Below the pieces are notes generated by a model. The model ran no database searches. It saw only the letters and a program-made list of their open reading frames with translations, and was not told the DNA's origin. A DNA stretch of 64,000 bases from an uncultured Alphaproteobacteria bacterium (lineage in GTDB: Bacteria; Pseudomonadota; Alphaproteobacteria; RF32; CAG-239), in assembly GCA_934248075.1 (NCBI GenBank), contig CAKQKH010000003.1, positions 46,710 to 110,709 of the forward strand, read 5' to 3'. The position numbers were made by a program, and so were the translations under genes. The first letter of the stretch is position 1; each line of letters opens with the position of its first letter. Of this stretch, positions 28,749 to 38,657 are shown in pieces.

Positions 28749-28779
28749 AAGAGGAAGATTTTTCTTCCTCTTTTTTTTA
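28749..28779 (+). terminator. Rho-independent terminator
   Basis: Stem AGAGGAAGA / CTTCCTCT is followed by T8. Confidence 0.7.
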
Positions 28780-28820
28780 TTTTTGTTAGAATTAATTTAT
28801 ATATAATTGAGTGCAAAACC

Positions 28821-30479
28821 ATGAAAACCGCAGAATTTGATATCAATGCCGCTGAAGGCATCCGTCTATACGCTGACTATCATTTAGATGATAAATTTTA
28901 CCCGCAGGGCCATACCCTTACCAATGAAGATATCATCATTTTTAAAATGTTTGGCATTCGACGAGTGTTTGGCGCGATAATGGAAGACACCGACCTTGAC
29001 GCGCGCACAGCCTTAGGAGTCGTTGCCGCCAAACTCTGCGGTACCAACACGGCATATAGCGTTGATGAAAATAATATTTGCAACATCATTGCCAATGCTG
29101 ACGGAATTTTTATCAGCACAGAAGAGCGATTAGCCAAATTTAATCATCTTCACCCTGAATTGGTGCTTAATTCAGTTGCGCCGTATCATCCGGCAGCCAA
29201 AGGCGAAATTATTGCCAAACTAGAGATGACCATGCCGATAATTTCTCAAACCGAACTTGATGAAATTATCTTCCGTTTATCCGGCAACACCGCTTTGCTA
29301 CAAGTGGCTCCTATCAAACCTTTTAAAACTGCCTTTATTTATACCAAACTGCTTGATGACCCAGATGAAAACGCTCACTTCACCTCGGTTGTAAAAACTT
29401 TGGTTGAAAAATTTGCATCTTATCACTTAAATTTCTCCGGCGAATATAATGCTATATATCACCAAAATGCCGTTGCCGATGCCATACAAGACGCAGTCAA
29501 AGATGGATACGAGGCTATTTTTATTCTTGGCGCCACCAGATCAGCCTGCCGTGATGATGTTCTCCCAGGCGCTCTGCGCAAAATTGTTGACACCGTTGCC
29601 GGCGCCAACCTACCGCAAATAAACGCGTCTGATCTCCTTTTGGCTGAAAAACGCGGCGCCAAAATAATCGTGCTTCCTTACAATTATGACAAAGTGGAAA
29701 CCACCACCATCAATCGCTATATCAAACAAGCCCTGTTTTGTGAAAAATTGGTGGCCGCAGATTTTGCCAAAATGATTCCCGTCACCTTACCTGATGGACA
29801 GATGCTCCAAACCGATTCCGGCCTCGTAGCCGCCAAAGATTCGTCAGCAAGCGGTGCCAAAGCAAGCATTGCCGCGATAATTTTGGCCGCCGGCCTTGGC
29901 AGTCGCGCCGGCAAAAACAAATTGATGGTCGAACTAAAAGACGGGCAACCCTTGTTTATGAATGCCGTAAATGCCGCAATCGGCTCAAATGCCAGTCCAG
30001 TCTTTGTCATAACCGGTTATCATGATGAAGATATGTCCGAATATCTTGACAAAGTTGATGTGAACGTTATTTACAATCCGGCTTATCGCTCGGGAATCAA
30101 AACTTCTATTGACCTCGGCCTCAAATCTGTACCCGGTTTTTGCGATGGAGCCATGCTGATTCCCGCAGACATGCCCAATCTGACTGCCGCCGACCTCAAT
30201 AAGCTTATCGCTTCGTTTAATCAGAATTCGGAAAAACAGGTCGTGCTGTTTACTAACAAAGGCATAAAATCCAATCCTGTCATTTGGAGCAAATCTCTCT
30301 ACACCAAAGCAGACATTGTGCCGGAAAATGCCGCCATTCGTCCGGTATTTTTGGAGCATGCTGATTATACCAGCACTGTTGATATACGCAACGCTGACAA
30401 GCTTTTAGATGTCAACTATCCTAGTGATATTGAAAAAATCACCAATCAGCGCCGCCAACAACCAAACCGCGCGGACTAA
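28821..30479 (+). CDS. Fusion protein: molybdopterin-binding-like N-terminal region plus MobA/MocA-like nucleotidyltransferase domain
   Basis: 552 aa. The C-terminal roughly 200 aa reads AAIILAAGLGSRAGKNKL...VITGYH...IPADMPNL, typical of MobA-like NTP transferases. The N-terminal assignment rests on recalled domain architecture only. Confidence 0.6.
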   Translation: MKTAEFDINAAEGIRLYADYHLDDKFYPQGHTLTNEDIIIFKMFGIRRVFGAIMEDTDLDARTALGVVAAKLCGTNTAYSVDENNICNIIANADGIFISTEERLAKFNHLHPELVLNSVAPYHPAAKGEIIAKLEMTMPIISQTELDEIIFRLSGNTALLQVAPIKPFKTAFIYTKLLDDPDENAHFTSVVKTLVEKFASYHLNFSGEYNAIYHQNAVADAIQDAVKDGYEAIFILGATRSACRDDVLPGALRKIVDTVAGANLPQINASDLLLAEKRGAKIIVLPYNYDKVETTTINRYIKQALFCEKLVAADFAKMIPVTLPDGQMLQTDSGLVAAKDSSASGAKASIAAIILAAGLGSRAGKNKLMVELKDGQPLFMNAVNAAIGSNASPVFVITGYHDEDMSEYLDKVDVNVIYNPAYRSGIKTSIDLGLKSVPGFCDGAMLIPADMPNLTAADLNKLIASFNQNSEKQVVLFTNKGIKSNPVIWSKSLYTKADIVPENAAIRPVFLEHADYTSTVDIRNADKLLDVNYPSDIEKITNQRRQQPNRAD

Positions 30480-30940
30480 ACTTTCCAACGTGTTTGCCGC
30501 AAGGCCTCACCAATCACCATACTTGCCGACACCGCCACATTTATAGATCGTGCGTGTTCATTCATAGGAATCAGCAGCCGCGCATCCGCCATTTTATGTA
30601 CCTCTTCCGGCACTCCGGCCGATTCGCGCCCCATCAAAATTATATCATTGGCCTGAAATTGAAAATCAACATATGGCACGCTGGCATGAGTAGTCAAAAG
30701 AACAATTCTTCCATACTCCTGCTGATGTTCTGCCCTATATTGCAAAAAATCAGCCCAAGAATCATGGCGCCGATAATCAACAAAATCCAGATAATCCATT
30801 CCGGCGCGACGCATTGCCTTGTCATTAAAAATAAAGCCGCATGGTTCAATAATATCTATTGGCAAATCCAAACAAGCACAAAGCCGCATCATCGTGCCGG
30901 TGTTTTGCGGAATATCGGGCTGAAACAAAGCCAAACGCAT
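30476..30940 (-). CDS. trmL: tRNA (cytidine/uridine-2'-O)-methyltransferase TrmL (SpoU/TrmH family)
   Basis: 154 aa containing LFQPDIPQNTGTMMRLCACL...ILMGRESAGVPEEV...IPMNEHARSINVAVSASMV. Confidence 0.85.
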   Translation of the reverse strand: MRLALFQPDIPQNTGTMMRLCACLDLPIDIIEPCGFIFNDKAMRRAGMDYLDFVDYRRHDSWADFLQYRAEHQQEYGRIVLLTTHASVPYVDFQFQANDIILMGRESAGVPEEVHKMADARLLIPMNEHARSINVAVSASMVIGEALRQTRWKV

Positions 30941-30952
30941 TTATAAAACTCC

Positions 30953-32062
30953 CTAGACATTGAACAAAAAGTTCAAAAGATCACCGTCTTTTACCACATA
31001 ATCTTTGCCTTCGGAGCGCATTTTGCCAGCTTCTTTGCAACCCTGCTCCCCGCCGAATTTGATGTAATCATCATAAGAGATTGTCTCAGCGCGAATAAAA
31101 CCCCGTTCAAAATCAGAGTGAATTATACCCGCGCATTGCGGTGCTTTTGAGCCTTTTACAAAAGTCCACGCTCTAACTTCTTTTGGTCCGGCAGTAAAAT
31201 AAGTCTGCAGCCCCAGCAGATCATAGCCAGCGCGAATAATTTTAGTCAAGCCTGTTTCCTGCAAACCCAGAGTTTCCAAAAATTCTTTTTTCTCTTCTTC
31301 GGTTTCCAACTGAGCCACTTCAGATTCAATTTCGGCTGAAATAATCACGGCCTGCGCGTTTTCAGCCTTAGCTTTTGCAAACACACGTTCAGAAAACTCG
31401 TTGCCATTGGCCGCTGATTCCTCATCAACATTGCACACATACAAAACCGGTTTAGATGTCAATAGCTGCAAACACTTATACGCCTTCACCGCGTCTTTAT
31501 TAGAAGCATCTGGAGCCGCGATGCGCGCCGGCTTGCCAGCTTTTAACGCCTCAATAATCGGCCCCATAACACTGACATTAACAATCGCTTCTTTATCGCC
31601 ACCTTTGGCTTTTTTGTTCGCTTGATCATAGCGCTTTTCCAAAGACTCCAAATCGGCAATCATCAGCTCAGTTTCAACAATCTCAGCATCTCGGATCGGA
31701 TCCACGCTTCCCTCAACATGGGTAATATTTTCATTTTCAAAACAACGCAACACATGGATAATCGCATCTACTTCTCTGATATTAGCCAAAAATTGATTAC
31801 CTAAGCCCTCACCCTTAGACGCCCCTTTAACCAAACCGGCAATATCAACAAACTCCAATTGGGTCGGCACCACGTTCTTAGGCTGCACCATTTCTACCAA
31901 TTTATCCAAACGCTTATCCGGAACTGCAACTCGGCCGGTGTTCGGCTCAATTGTGCAAAAAGGAAAATTCGCCGCCTGCGCCGCAATAGTTTGAGTCAAG
32001 GCATTAAACAACGTTGATTTTCCCACATTTGGCAATCCGACAATTCCGCAATTAAATCCCAT
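30953..32062 (-). CDS. ychF: Ribosome-binding ATPase YchF
   Basis: 369 aa. The N-terminus is [23 protein letters not shown] and the C-terminal TGS-like region ends [12 protein letters not shown]. Confidence 0.95.
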   Translation of the reverse strand: MGFNCGIVGLPNVGKSTLFNALTQTIAAQAANFPFCTIEPNTGRVAVPDKRLDKLVEMVQPKNVVPTQLEFVDIAGLVKGASKGEGLGNQFLANIREVDAIIHVLRCFENENITHVEGSVDPIRDAEIVETELMIADLESLEKRYDQANKKAKGGDKEAIVNVSVMGPIIEALKAGKPARIAAPDASNKDAVKAYKCLQLLTSKPVLYVCNVDEESAANGNEFSERVFAKAKAENAQAVIISAEIESEVAQLETEEEKKEFLETLGLQETGLTKIIRAGYDLLGLQTYFTAGPKEVRAWTFVKGSKAPQCAGIIHSDFERGFIRAETISYDDYIKFGGEQGCKEAGKMRSEGKDYVVKDGDLLNFLFNV

Positions 32063-32126
32063 TATTCAAAACTCCCTATCAATAAAAATTGCCTTTGTTA
32101 TAGCCGATAAAATTTTGCTTTTCAAC

Positions 32127-32164
32127 ACAAAAAACCGCTGTTTTCTGCACCAAAACAGCGGTTT
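32127..32164 (-). terminator. Rho-independent terminator after pth
   Basis: A 13-bp stem AAACCGCTGTTTT / AAAACAGCGGTTT is followed in the minus sense by a T-run. Confidence 0.65.
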
Positions 32165-32233
32165 GCATTTCTTTTGCAACAAAATGGGATTTTTACGATA
32201 AAACCCATACACAAAAACTGGGATTAAAACTAA

Positions 32234-32812
32234 TTATTTAGCGCGCATAACATCGCCTAATTTATTACTAAACGCTGCGATTCCGTCTTGTAGCAAAATA
32301 TCCAAGCAATCGGAAATTTTTTCTATTTCATCATATATCACTTTTTCATCAGTTTTAGAAAAACGAGATAACACATGCCCAACCACCGCTTCGCCAGTGC
32401 CTTGCGGGTGTCCGACCCCGATTCTGACTCGATTATAATTCGGGCTGATTGCCGCATCAATTGACTTTATTCCGTTGTGTCCGCCGGAGCCTCCTCCAAT
32501 TTTTGCTCTCACCTTACCGACCGGCAAATCCATATCATCATGCAACACCACTATTTTTTCCGGTAAAATTTTATAAAAATTTGCGGCTTTTACCACCGAA
32601 TTACCGGACAAATTCATATAAGTATGAGGCTTGAGCAGATAAACCTTTTCTGTGCCTATTTTACCCTCGGCAATTTCGCCGTCAAATTTGTCTCGAAAAG
32701 GAGCAAATCCAAATTTTTGATGCAAAAAATCCGCCGCCATAAATCCGGCGTTGTGCCTTGTTCCCGCATATTCCGCGCCAATATTTCCCAATCCGACAAT
32801 CAAAAACATCAA
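32234..32812 (-). CDS. pth: Peptidyl-tRNA hydrolase
   Basis: 192 aa containing LIVGLGNIGAEYAGTRHNAGF...GGSGGHNGIKSI. Confidence 0.93.
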   Translation of the reverse strand: MMFLIVGLGNIGAEYAGTRHNAGFMAADFLHQKFGFAPFRDKFDGEIAEGKIGTEKVYLLKPHTYMNLSGNSVVKAANFYKILPEKIVVLHDDMDLPVGKVRAKIGGGSGGHNGIKSIDAAISPNYNRVRIGVGHPQGTGEAVVGHVLSRFSKTDEKVIYDEIEKISDCLDILLQDGIAAFSNKLGDVMRAK

Positions 32813-32948
32813 ACTGCCCTACCCAACAAACGTTGCAAATATTCTCATCAACAAGAACAAAGGCCGGTGGCACCGAAATGTACAAACAAGCACATAAAGA
32901 TGACACCAGCCCTCTAACTTGCATTAATAAGCTAAAATGCGACTCAGC

Positions 32949-33239
32949 TTAATTTCTCAAAAAATCGACATGAATAGGCTTATCGCTAACCGGATGGAAC
33001 TGAACATCCTGACATTTTACCTTGTGTTTTTTGCCATCTAAAACGATTTCAATATCGGCATCATAAAAACCAACCGTATCCAAAGCCTTTTCAAGCTCAA
33101 CCGGATGCAAAGAGATCATAACAGACTCTTGTTTTCCACCATAAATAACGGCAGGGATGCGTCCCTCACGACGACATGCACGAGCTGCCCCCTTACCTGC
33201 TTTCTCACGCTTTTCAGCATTAAATGTAATATCTACCAT
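32949..33239 (-). CDS. rplY: 50S ribosomal protein L25, short (N-terminal-domain-only) form
   Basis: 96 aa containing REKAGKGAARACRREGRIPAVIYGGKQ...FHPVSDKPIHVDF. It sits in the conserved L25-pth-ychF arrangement. Confidence 0.8.
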   Translation of the reverse strand: MVDITFNAEKREKAGKGAARACRREGRIPAVIYGGKQESVMISLHPVELEKALDTVGFYDADIEIVLDGKKHKVKCQDVQFHPVSDKPIHVDFLRN

Positions 33240-33337
33240 TTTATTTATCCTTATAAAGTTGAATCCTGCAAAACCTCCAGGGGTGTTTCACAGTTATCCA
33301 ACTAATACATCTATTTTTCATAGATTTCAAGGACTTT

Positions 33338-33373
33338 TTAAAAAAGAAAAAAGCTACTTCTAAGAGTAGCTTT
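33338..33373 (-). terminator. Rho-independent terminator after the 33377-33910 gene
   Basis: Stem AAGCTACT / AGTAGCTT is followed in the minus sense by a T-rich run. Confidence 0.6.
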
Positions 33374-33376
33374 AAT

Positions 33377-33910
33377 CTAATCATCTTTTCGCTGCCGCAT
33401 GGCGATGATTTCGTCATGTTGCTTATTTCTAAGATCATAGACAAAAACCCGACGCGGTTGTTGCCAATCATCAAGCTCAACATACAGCCCCACCACCAAC
33501 ATCAAATTTGGCGGCAAGACTTTATCATCAATCAATGTGGCCTCAAGCGTCAAACTTCCTACATACAGCGTGCCAAGCTGTCTATCATCTTCATCTTTCG
33601 CATCACTCGTCCGAAAAGTGCCAATCTGAAAACTTTGAAGCATATTAATAAATGCCTCATAAAGTTCTCGGCAAGCAATTTTCTGCAAAACACTGGCAAT
33701 GATAAGAACCGAAAACATCAATATCATCATATTTATATCTCGGTCTTGCCAAGCCATAATGATTATTAACACCGAAATTGCGGTATTAATCCATGATAGA
33801 AAAGCTTCAATGTTTCTGATTTTATTCAGAGTATAAATTGAAGGTGCATATATAGTCACAATACTCCAACCAGACACCAATCCTATCAGAATCAAAATCA
33901 AGATTAGCAT
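33377..33910 (-). CDS. Hypothetical membrane protein (about 3 TM plus a soluble C-terminal domain)
   Basis: 177-aa ORF with a hydrophobic N-terminal half and an acidic C-terminal half. No family was recognised. Confidence 0.5.
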   Translation of the reverse strand: MLILILILIGLVSGWSIVTIYAPSIYTLNKIRNIEAFLSWINTAISVLIIIMAWQDRDINMMILMFSVLIIASVLQKIACRELYEAFINMLQSFQIGTFRTSDAKDEDDRQLGTLYVGSLTLEATLIDDKVLPPNLMLVVGLYVELDDWQQPRRVFVYDLRNKQHDEIIAMRQRKDD

Positions 33911-33938
33911 ACTTTATTTTTTTAATTGATTCGTAAAT

Positions 33939-34205
33939 TTAATCATTCATCAGTTCCAACTGAATCATTTGTGAGGTGCAATCATAGCCTATGACTTTAA
34001 GAACCGGAACCTCAGGTAATTTGCCACCTTCAAAAATAAAATACCCGTCCTGCTCATACCCATTAAATTTGAACTTACAAAAATAATAGTCTTGGTCTTC
34101 GTCATCTTGTACGATATCATACCCCACCACAATTCGTGATGCCCGACGATAAATGCTGTTCCCCACAAATAGCAGAAAACAAACAACTAAAATAATCCAT
34201 TTCAT
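33939..34205 (-). CDS. Small hypothetical secreted or membrane-anchored protein
   Basis: 88 aa. The N-terminus MKWIILVVCFLLFVGNSIY is followed by an acidic Tyr/Phe-rich domain. No family was recognised. Confidence 0.45.
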   Translation of the reverse strand: MKWIILVVCFLLFVGNSIYRRASRIVVGYDIVQDDEDQDYYFCKFKFNGYEQDGYFIFEGGKLPEVPVLKVIGYDCTSQMIQLELMND

Positions 34206-34298
34206 ATCTATTTTTATTTAATATTTAACTCACTTGTCAGATTAGACAAAACGCCTGACAAAGTCAACAAAAAACCATCGACCAAATTTCGATTACAA

Positions 34299-34642
34299 AA
34301 AACTCCGGAGAACAGTACAGATAGATGCATCTAAAAGCAAGCAAAATCAGAGTGAGTAAACAGAAGTAAAAAGAGAAAAGCATAATAAAAAAATAGCCGG
34401 ATAACGGAATTTATAGTGTGATTTGCAGGGCGGAAGTACCGGAGCGTACAAAGTAGTACGTGAGGACACTTCCGACCCGAACAAATCGCTCTAAAAAATC
34501 ATTAGGGAACCTCAACCGCAAAAACTCCGAAGAATGGTACAGATAGAGGCACTTGGAAGACGAGGAAAATTTTAGTGTACAAAGAAGTACATGAATTTTC
34601 CGAGCTCGCACCAAATGCCTCTAGATGTGCCGTTATACGGAG
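34299..34642 (-). repeat. Structured intergenic repeat, family B (degenerate copy, GTAC hairpin, and an intact roughly 118-nt long hairpin that acts as the pnp terminator)
   Basis: The intact unit 34525-34642 matches the units at 52021-52133 and 51841-51922. It begins 3 nt after the pnp stop and, in the minus sense, is followed by TTTTT (plus-strand A-run 34520-34524). Confidence 0.8.
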
Positions 34643-34645
34643 TTT

Positions 34646-36766
34646 TTATTTTTCGAGGTCTTCACCTGTCTCCTGATTAACCCTCTTTGCAGAAAGCTTA
34701 ATTTTACCACGGTTATCGCAGCCAAGACATTTAACCCAAATTTGGTCGCCTTCTTTATAGAAGTCAGAAACCGAAGCTATACGCTCGTTCTTAACTTCTG
34801 AAATATGAACCAAACCCTCGGTTGTTCCCAAGAAGCGGACAAATGCACCAAAGTCCATAATTTTGGTAATGGTACCATGATAAATTTTTCCTTCTTCAGG
34901 TTCGGCCACAATGCCCATAACCCATTCCAGAGCGGCATCGCCTTCTTCTTTTTTCATAGAAGCGATTTTTACAATTCCGTCATCTGAAATATCAATTTTG
35001 GTATGAGTCTTTTCAACGATTTCTCGAATAACCTTACCGCCGGTGCCGATAACTTCACGAATTTTATCAACCGGAATCTTAATGGCAACAATCCGCGGAG
35101 CACGGTCTGAAACATGCGGACGAGGCTCAGCAATAGCCTTGGCCATTTCGCCCAAGATATGGATACGACCTTCATGAGCCTGAGCCAAAGCTGTTTTCAT
35201 AATCTCTTTGGTAATGGAAGTAATTTTAATATCCATTTGCAAAGCGGTAACGCCGTCTTTTGTTCCGGCTACCTTAAAGTCCATATCGCCAAGGTGATCT
35301 TCATCGCCCAAGATATCGGTCAAAACCGCAACTCGGCCGTCATCCTCCTTAATCAAACCCATTGCAATACCTGCAACCGGCTTAACCATCGGCACACCAG
35401 CAGCCATCAACGACATGGTGGAGCCGCAAACTGTAGCCATAGAAGAAGAACCGTTAGACTCCATAATTTCCGAAACCACACGAACCGTGTAAGGGAAAGA
35501 GTCTTTGTCTTTTGGCATCATCGGGTGGATAGCGCGCCAAGCCAATTTGCCGTGACCGATTTCACGACGTCCTGGGCTGCCCAAACGGCCGCATTCGCCA
35601 ACTGAAAATGGCGGGAAGTTATAGTTCAGCATAAAGTCTTCTTTATACTCGTCCATCAAACCGTCAACAATTTGAGCATCATCGCCGGTTCCCAAAGTAG
35701 TAACGACCAGAGCCTGAGTCTCGCCACGAGTAAACAACGCCGAACCATGAGCCGTCGGCAACACATCAACTTGACAAGAAATCGGACGAACAGTTTTGGT
35801 GTCGCGTCCATCGATTCGGTGACCGGTAGTCAAAACCGCTTCACGCATAACCTTATGCATCAATTTCTCAATAGCATCTTGAGCATAACGCTGTTCAAAC
35901 TCATTTTCCGGATCCAATGTTTCCTTAAACTTTTCTGATGCCGCAGCAATCAACTCACCGCGTTTCAACTTATCGGTCTCTTTGAAAGCGACCTCAAAAT
36001 CGGCGGTAAAGCCTTGAGCCAATTTGGCATAAAGTTCATCAAACTCAGGCGGAAATGCCGGAGCCTCCCATTTTTCTTTACCGGCTTCAGCCTCAAGTTC
36101 CTCAATCAGTTTAATAACCGGCTGAAAACTCTCAAATCCGAACATAACCGCGTTCAGCATGGTTTCTTCCGAAAGTTCCTGAGCCTCAGACTCAACCATC
36201 AAAACGCCTTCTTTAGTACCGGCAACAACCAACTCCAAATCTGTATCTTTGAGCTGCTCGATAGTCGGGTTCAAAATAAATTCGCCATTTTTATAGCCAA
36301 CCTTTGCGCCGCCAATCGGCCCCATAAATGGAATCCCCGAAACCGCCAAAGCCGCAGAAGCCGCAATCATAGCCGGAATATCGGAGTCAGTGTTTTGGTC
36401 ATGAGCCAAAACCGTGCAGACAATTTGCACTTCATTCTTAAACGCGTCAGGAAACAGCGGACGTATCGGACGATCAATCAGACGAGAAAGCAAAACTTCT
36501 CGCTCAGATGGCTTGCCTTCACGTTTCATAAAACCGCCCGGAACTTTACCGGTAGCATAGTATTTTTCCTGATAGTTAACAGTCAAAGGAAAGAAATCCT
36601 GATCTGCCTTTACCTCTTTTGCTGCGCAAACCGTTGCAATAACCTGTGTCTCACCATAAGTAACAACCACAGCTCCTTGCGCTTGTCTGGCCATTTTGCC
36701 TGTTTCCAACACCAACTTGCGGCCGCCCCATTCCATTTCTTTGCGGCACACTTTAAAATCGATCAT
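34646..36766 (-). CDS. pnp: Polyribonucleotide nucleotidyltransferase (PNPase)
   Basis: 706 aa with two RNase PH domains plus KH and S1 domains, including [21 protein letters not shown] and a C-terminal S1 region containing [18 protein letters not shown]. Confidence 0.97.
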   Translation of the reverse strand: MIDFKVCRKEMEWGGRKLVLETGKMARQAQGAVVVTYGETQVIATVCAAKEVKADQDFFPLTVNYQEKYYATGKVPGGFMKREGKPSEREVLLSRLIDRPIRPLFPDAFKNEVQIVCTVLAHDQNTDSDIPAMIAASAALAVSGIPFMGPIGGAKVGYKNGEFILNPTIEQLKDTDLELVVAGTKEGVLMVESEAQELSEETMLNAVMFGFESFQPVIKLIEELEAEAGKEKWEAPAFPPEFDELYAKLAQGFTADFEVAFKETDKLKRGELIAAASEKFKETLDPENEFEQRYAQDAIEKLMHKVMREAVLTTGHRIDGRDTKTVRPISCQVDVLPTAHGSALFTRGETQALVVTTLGTGDDAQIVDGLMDEYKEDFMLNYNFPPFSVGECGRLGSPGRREIGHGKLAWRAIHPMMPKDKDSFPYTVRVVSEIMESNGSSSMATVCGSTMSLMAAGVPMVKPVAGIAMGLIKEDDGRVAVLTDILGDEDHLGDMDFKVAGTKDGVTALQMDIKITSITKEIMKTALAQAHEGRIHILGEMAKAIAEPRPHVSDRAPRIVAIKIPVDKIREVIGTGGKVIREIVEKTHTKIDISDDGIVKIASMKKEEGDAALEWVMGIVAEPEEGKIYHGTITKIMDFGAFVRFLGTTEGLVHISEVKNERIASVSDFYKEGDQIWVKCLGCDNRGKIKLSAKRVNQETGEDLEK

Positions 36767-36819
36767 ATTTCTTTACCTTTCCTTCTCATACAATCATCTA
36801 CCTGCCCCATGCAGGATTT

Positions 36820-36854
36820 TATAAAAAGAACCGCGGAGGCTCATTCCCCCGCAG
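36820..36854 (-). terminator. Hairpin plus U-run in the rpsO-pnp intergenic leader (terminator/attenuator candidate)
   Basis: The minus sense reads CUGCGGGGG-AAUGAG-CCUCCGCGG, a 9-bp stem with two G-U pairs, followed by UUCUUUUUAUAAAA. Confidence 0.4.
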
Positions 36855-37007
36855 TTCAAAAAAGATTATCCTCGCGGACAAGACCGCAAAGAAAACAAAT
36901 TTTCATCGGCGCCGGAGGCAAAAAAACGAGCTGCAAAAATTCCACCATAGACAAATCCATCTGAAATTTCATTACCTCGCATTTTTTGCTCCAGATACCG
37001 CATAAAC

Positions 37008-37289
37008 TTATTTTCTGAGGTCAAGTTTCTTAATCAAAGCCTGATAACGCTCTTCGCTTTTACCTCTCAGATAGTCCAAAAGGTGACGGCGGCGGCTGAC
37101 TTTCTTCATCAAGCCCAAGCGAGAGTGAGTATCTTTAGCGTGGGTTTTGAAGTGTTCAATCAGCTTATTAATTTCAGCTGTCCAGATAGCAATCTGAACT
37201 TCCGGCGAACCGGTATCATTAGCGTTAATAGCATAAGCTTTAACTAATTTTTGTTTCTCTTCATTAGAAATCGACATCATATTCTCCAT
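37008..37289 (-). CDS. rpsO: 30S ribosomal protein S15
   Basis: The sequence contains ...[47 protein letters not shown]. The true start may be the internal ATG at 37277 (MSISNEEK...). Confidence 0.93.
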   Translation of the reverse strand: MENMMSISNEEKQKLVKAYAINANDTGSPEVQIAIWTAEINKLIEHFKTHAKDTHSRLGLMKKVSRRRHLLDYLRGKSEERYQALIKKLDLRK

Positions 37290-38201
37290 TTATTCAATAT
37301 TAAAAACTCGAACCGGCGAGAGCTTACGCTCCTCGATTCGCACCATTGCAACCAACTGATTATCATAGACCATCGCAACTTCCTGCCCATCTAGCCCGAA
37401 TACATCATAAGCTTTTGGCGAAAGGCTTTGCCCATGCCTAAGTTTGGCTGCGTCTGCTTCGGTTACGGCGATGACCGCGATGTCGCGCAGACACGTTATT
37501 ACCGGAAGCAAAACTTTTTGACGTTCAGTAACATACTCCATATTTTTTAAATTTTCCAGCAAAATCTTTTGTCTAAGGTCAAAATTGCCGCATTTAGTGC
37601 GTCGTAATTTCTGCAAATACCCTATCGTCCCGAGTCGTTTTGCAATATCGGCGCCCAAAGTGCGCACATAAGTCCCCTTAGAACAGCTGACCCGACAATT
37701 AATCGTATCAATAGTCGGCATATTCAACAGCTCCAGCTCATAGATTCTGACTTTTCGCTCGGGGATATTTACTCTTTCTCCCCGCCGCGCCAAATCATAC
37801 GCACGCTGCCCTTCAATCTTAATTGCCGAATATGCCGGCGGAATCTGGCTGATTTCCCCAATAAATTGCGGCAGCTCTGCCGATATTTCTGCTTTGGTTG
37901 GCAATACTCCGCCACTTTGAACAACTACTCCGTCACAATCCAACGTATCTGTCGTCGCGCCGAATTTAAGCGTAAATTCATATTCCTTATCACCGTCAGT
38001 AACATACGGCACAAGTTTGGTCGCTTCCCCGATTGCTATTGGCAACACGCCGGTTGCAAACGGATCCAAAGTTCCGCAATGCCCGATTTTGGCCGCATTT
38101 AACAAATGCCGAATCTGGCCAACCGCCTTAGTTGAGCCAACTCCGGCAGGCTTATCCAGCACCAGCCAACCACTGATTTTATCGCCGCGATTATGTTTCA
38201 T
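37290..38201 (-). CDS. truB: tRNA pseudouridine(55) synthase TruB
   Basis: 303 aa containing GWLVLDKPAGVGSTKAV...GHCGTLDPFATGVLPIAIGEATK. Confidence 0.93.
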   Translation of the reverse strand: MKHNRGDKISGWLVLDKPAGVGSTKAVGQIRHLLNAAKIGHCGTLDPFATGVLPIAIGEATKLVPYVTDGDKEYEFTLKFGATTDTLDCDGVVVQSGGVLPTKAEISAELPQFIGEISQIPPAYSAIKIEGQRAYDLARRGERVNIPERKVRIYELELLNMPTIDTINCRVSCSKGTYVRTLGADIAKRLGTIGYLQKLRRTKCGNFDLRQKILLENLKNMEYVTERQKVLLPVITCLRDIAVIAVTEADAAKLRHGQSLSPKAYDVFGLDGQEVAMVYDNQLVAMVRIEERKLSPVRVFNIE

Positions 38202-38202
38202 C

Positions 38203-38580
38203 TTATTTTAAATCTTGCGCCACTTTCGGATCTCGCAACAAGCGTTCAATCTGATCAACCGCCTCAAACGTCTTGTCCACACGAAAATTAATCTCCGGCA
38301 CATAGCGCAATGAAGTTTTTGCGGCAACCTGTTTACGAAAAAAGTTAGATGCTAATTGCAATCCGCCCAAAACTTCTTGCAAAAAGTTGCCGTTTGTAGT
38401 CATAAACCACACTGTGCAATACTTCAAATCCGGCGACACCGTAACCTTGGTAACCGTGACCATCGTATCAATATTTTCCAGATTATGAACTTCTCCGCGA
38501 TCTATAAAATTAACAATAATTTTGCGGATTTCCTGCGCCACGCGCAACTGACGCTGCGACGGCTCTTTTTTCTCTGCCAT
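38203..38580 (-). CDS. rbfA: Ribosome-binding factor A
   Basis: 125 aa containing RQLRVAQEIRKIIVNFI...VTVTKVTVSPDLKYCTVWF, just upstream of truB. Confidence 0.9.
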   Translation of the reverse strand: MAEKKEPSQRQLRVAQEIRKIIVNFIDRGEVHNLENIDTMVTVTKVTVSPDLKYCTVWFMTTNGNFLQEVLGGLQLASNFFRKQVAAKTSLRYVPEINFRVDKTFEAVDQIERLLRDPKVAQDLK

Positions 38581-38657
38581 TTTAATTCTCCCTTATAAAA
38601 TCATAAATTCATATTAACAGGAGATTCTCCGTCGTCAAGCAAGAACATTGCTCAATA

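Noticed and set aside
36014-36964. 316-aa plus-strand ORF
   Set aside because: It is antisense to the pnp 5' half and the rpsO-pnp leader. Its composition is Arg/Phe/Asn-rich with no motifs. The pnp call on the other strand is unambiguous.
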